From assembly GCF_009914755.1 (NCBI RefSeq), contig NC_060932.1: a stretch of DNA of 64,000 nt, one strand, 5' to 3'. Shown piece by piece: positions 60,761 through 64,000 of the stretch. Position numbers and translations under genes: made by a program. Below the pieces are notes generated by a model. It had not been told where the DNA came from. It made no database searches and saw only the letters and a list, made by a program, of their open reading frames with translations. How positions within the stretch are numbered: position 1 is the stretch's first letter; the number at the start of each line of letters is the position of its first letter. Source of the DNA: the human T2T-CHM13v2.0 reference genome, Homo sapiens.

Positions 60761-61099
60761 TTAGAAATTTACCCTGGCTTTTAAAGGAATAGGGTACACT
60801 GTTTTTTCTTTACTACTTCTCTCTCTTTCTCTCTCTGACTCCCTCTTTGTCTCTGTCTCTTCCTCTCTCTCTCTGACTTTCTGTCTCTCTCTCTTTGACT
60901 TCTTCTTTGTCTGTCTCTCTCCTTCTCTCTTTCTCTCTGACTCCCTCTTTTTCTCTTCCTCTCTCTCTCTCCATCTGTTTCTTCCTCTCTCTCTTTCTCT
61001 TTCTCTCTTTCCTTTCTGCTGCCTCTGCCAGCTGCTTATGTTGCTGTTCTCCCCTCTCCTTCCCCTTTTGATGGCTTCAGCAGTGTAAGATTGCCACCT

Positions 61100-61760
61100 C
61101 CTTGTGTTTTTGCACTGCATGCAATAACTCATAATTTCCTTGTGGTATTTAATGGGGGTTCCCCCAGAGGTTAGGAACTCCCTTTCTTTCCATATTGCAG
61201 CATGGGCATGTAGGCTTAGATAAGCATACTATCTGTATACACATTTATTCTTCTTCCCTTTCCCACTTCTAAGGCTGAGGTAAGTGCCACTAGTTCTGCT
61301 AACTAGGTGCTGGTCCCTGGGGAAAGAGGCTTACTTTCAAGTACTGTTACTATGGCATAACCTGCCCTTCCTTTCTCATTCTCCACAAATGAACTTTCAT
61401 CAGTATATAGGTTAAGGTCAGCATTAGCTAAGGGAACTTCTAAGAGATCATCTCGGGCGGCATAAGTCTGAGATCCTTTCCTTGTATTATTTTGATAGCC
61501 TCTGACACTAAGAAGGCCACGGCCACAACTATCCTCAAACAGTGAGACCAGCCTTTTTCTACTACATCAATTTCCTTACTTAGGTATGCCACTGGTTGTG
61601 GGGGTGTCCCACGAGTCTCAGTAAGGACCACAAGAGGTATTCCTGCTCACTGTGTGATGTATAAAGAAAAGTTTCTTCTTGTGTGAAGGCTTAAGGCTGG
61701 AGCTTGAGTTTGTTCTTTCCAATGTCCAGACTTCAAGGTTGATTCCCTCCTCAAGCAGAG
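61100..61760 (-). pseudogene. pol: pol remnants (RT start, connection domain, partial RNase H)
   Basis: EEGINLEVW; PQPVAYLSKEIDVVEKGWSHCLR; LYTDESSFVE; RT core and integrase absent. Confidence 0.85.
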
Positions 61761-62112
61761 GACAACAAATGGGTAATTTGCTCCCCATATTCATGTAGAT
61801 AATAGCTCCAGCTTTGGCTAATATGTCCCTCCCTAATAAGGGTGTGAGACTTTCAGGCATAACAAGAAAGGCATGTGAAAAGAGCAAAATCTCCCAATTA
61901 CAACTGAGGAGGTGGGAGAAATACCTGGTTACAGGCTGTCCCAGGATTCATCAGATGGTAACAGACCTTGAGGACAGTCATTTGGGACAGGAGATTAACA
62001 TTGAGAAGTCTGCACCAGTGTCCAGGAGGAAGTCAATTTCCTGGCCCTCAATAGTTAAATGTACCTGGGGCTCAGTGAGGGTGATGATATGAGCTGCTGC
62101 TTGCCCTGGGCA
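61761..62112 (-). pseudogene. pro: Retroviral protease remnant
   Basis: IDFLLDTGADF (DTG at 62014-62022) and PLLGRDIL motifs; frameshifted. Confidence 0.88.
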
Positions 62113-62115
62113 TCA

Positions 62116-63575
62116 TCAGTCCTGTTGTTGGATCATCTGGTTGGGGGCTTCTGGCCCAGAGAACCTTTGCCCTCTGGGGCAGTGTGCCTTCCAGTGATTA
62201 CCTTAGCATAGTAGACATGGGCAAGGGGGTAGCCTGTTTCTCATGGGACAATCTTTTTCAAAGTGTCCTTGCACACCACACTGATAACAAGCCCTACCAG
62301 GTGATTGGCCTGCTCCATTTTCTGTCCTCCCTGAACCACCAATGTTCATTTTTCTGAGGGCCATGACTAAGGTTGCGGCCTTTCTCTGATCTCACTTTTC
62401 CTTTTGGGCCTGTTTCTCTTGGTCTCTATAATAGAACACCGCGGTTGCCAGGTTTAATAATGCCTCCAGATTTTGCTCAGGACCCAGGGCTCACTTTTGG
62501 AGCTTTCTCCTGATATCTGTGGCTGATTGGGTAATAAACTTATCTTTTAGGATCAATTGACCCTCTAGTGGGTTGGGTGACAGGGGAGTATATTTTCTTA
62601 AGGCCTCCCATAACCACTTGAGGAAGACAGAAGGATCTTCTTCCTTTCCCCGAGTTATGGTGGACATCATTGAACAATTCATGGGCTTTTTCCTAATTCT
62701 CCTTAGTCCTTCTAGATCACAGGTCAACAGATGTTTGTGACTCCAGTCCCCATGATCTCAGACGAAGTCCCAGTGGGGATCCATACTGGGGATGGCTTGC
62801 TGACCGGTAGGGAATTTGTCCCTTTCTTCAGCTGTCATTCTATCATTTACTTGACTAAGATACCAGGCATCTCCAAACTCTTGGGCTGCAGCTAAAACTG
62901 CATTCTTTTCATTAAAGGCCAGAGTTTGATCTGACAGTAGCGTGATATCTCTCCAAGTGAGATCGAAGGTTTGCCCTAGACCCTGTAGGACATCTGTGTA
63001 CCTATCAGGATCATCTGAAAACTTCCCCAGGTCTGCCTTGATCTGCTTTAAATCAGAGAGTGAGAAAGGGACATGTACCCAGGTGGGCCAAATTCCCCTC
63101 CTCCTACAGCTTGAAGGGGACATAACCGATAGCCCAGAGGTTTTTGTGGTCCTTTGGAGATTTCTTTGCTGGTTTCCTTCTGAGCTGGGGAGATTAGAGG
63201 AGGCTTATCATTAATAGGAAAGAGAGCTATTGGGAGGCTAGGATATGGGGGTAAGCTGAGAGGTCCTCCTGTGGGATGTAAATTGCAAGCTTTGCATAGT
63301 TGTGTATTCTCCTTCAATGAAAAGGAAGCTTGGACATAAGTTATTTCACTCCATTTGCCTTCCCTCTTACAGAAAAGGTCAAGCTGCAGGATAGTATTGT
63401 AATTTATACTTCCCTCAAGTGGCCATTTTTCACCATCAGAGAGAGAATACTGGGGCCAGGCTATAGCACAGAAAAAAATGAGCTGCCTCTTTTTCAGTGT
63501 TTATGGGTCAAATTGGTCCCAATGGCTTGGGATGCATTTCAAGTGTGAGCCTGTTGATGCCTGAGTGTTTCCCAT
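62116..63575 (-). pseudogene. gag: gag, disrupted
   Basis: MGNTQ start at 63575; capsid [27 protein letters not shown]; zinc knuckle CYQCGVQGHFEKDC (~62248-62289); QQQD-TGA end; several stops and frameshifts. Confidence 0.92.
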
Positions 63576-64000
63576 CTGAAAGACAAAACTGCCCATGGTT
63601 TTGGTTTGTTTGTTTCTCCCCCTGCCCAAGAACCCACAACAGTCCCTGGACCCTACTGATTGGAATAGTTGCACTCACCAATGCAGCAACAGAAACACCT
63701 CTTGCCCAAGAACCTGCAACGGTCCCTGGACCCTGCTGATCAGAATAGTTGCACTCACCGATGCATCAGCAGAAACACTAGTTTTCCTCCTAGACCACAA
63801 GGAGGATCAAGAAAAATCAGATTTAGTGGTCCTTCCTGATGCATTCTCAAAAACCTGCACCCTTGCCTGTCCTCCTAGACTTGAAAGAGAATCGAGAAAA
63901 ATCGGATTTAGTGGCCCTTACTGACACATTCTTGAAAGCCTGTTAGAGTCCTAAGCACTCTCCTGTTAGTATTGGAACTTTACTACTGTCCTATAAAGAT

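Larger units (their letters stand above)
59868..64000 (-). mobile_element. HERV9 internal region with large deletions; continues off the right edge
   Basis: gag-pro-pol-env order on the minus strand, attached to LTR12. Confidence 0.93.

Noticed and set aside
60761-61132. R/E-rich 123-aa ORF
   Set aside because: Product of an AG low-complexity tract within HERV9
63625-63935. Direct repeats upstream of gag as a novel array
   Set aside because: Leader-region tandem repeats expected within HERV9-type proviruses

Overview
Primate (human/great-ape-like) non-coding genomic DNA, almost entirely made of interspersed repeats; no cellular protein-coding exon, RNA gene or CRISPR array can be supported, and the supplied ORFs are repeat-derived or chance. 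The window starts in the 5' end of a minus-strand HERV-E/Harlequin-type provirus (LTR2-family LTR, tRNA-Glu PBS, gag MA fragment) and ends in a minus-strand, multiply deleted HERV9 provirus (LTR12, env TM, pol remnants, pro, gag). Between them lie about 16 Alus/Alu fragments, several L1 pieces, MIR/L2 relics and an unusually dense set of LTR elements (LTR8 x2, MER61-like x2, MER57-group, MER39-like, THE1, MER4 x2, MER41B, MER54-like, MLT/MST), including a multi-level nested stack at ~40.5-43.7 kb. The most notable non-repeat signal is a 202-bp, 98.5%-identical inverted repeat (11344-11545 vs 16486-16687). Its right copy is joined through a patchwork of short pieces templated from 12377-12398, which looks like a serial template-switch scar. 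Repeat subfamily names are from memory of consensus sequences and need RepeatMasker/Dfam confirmation.
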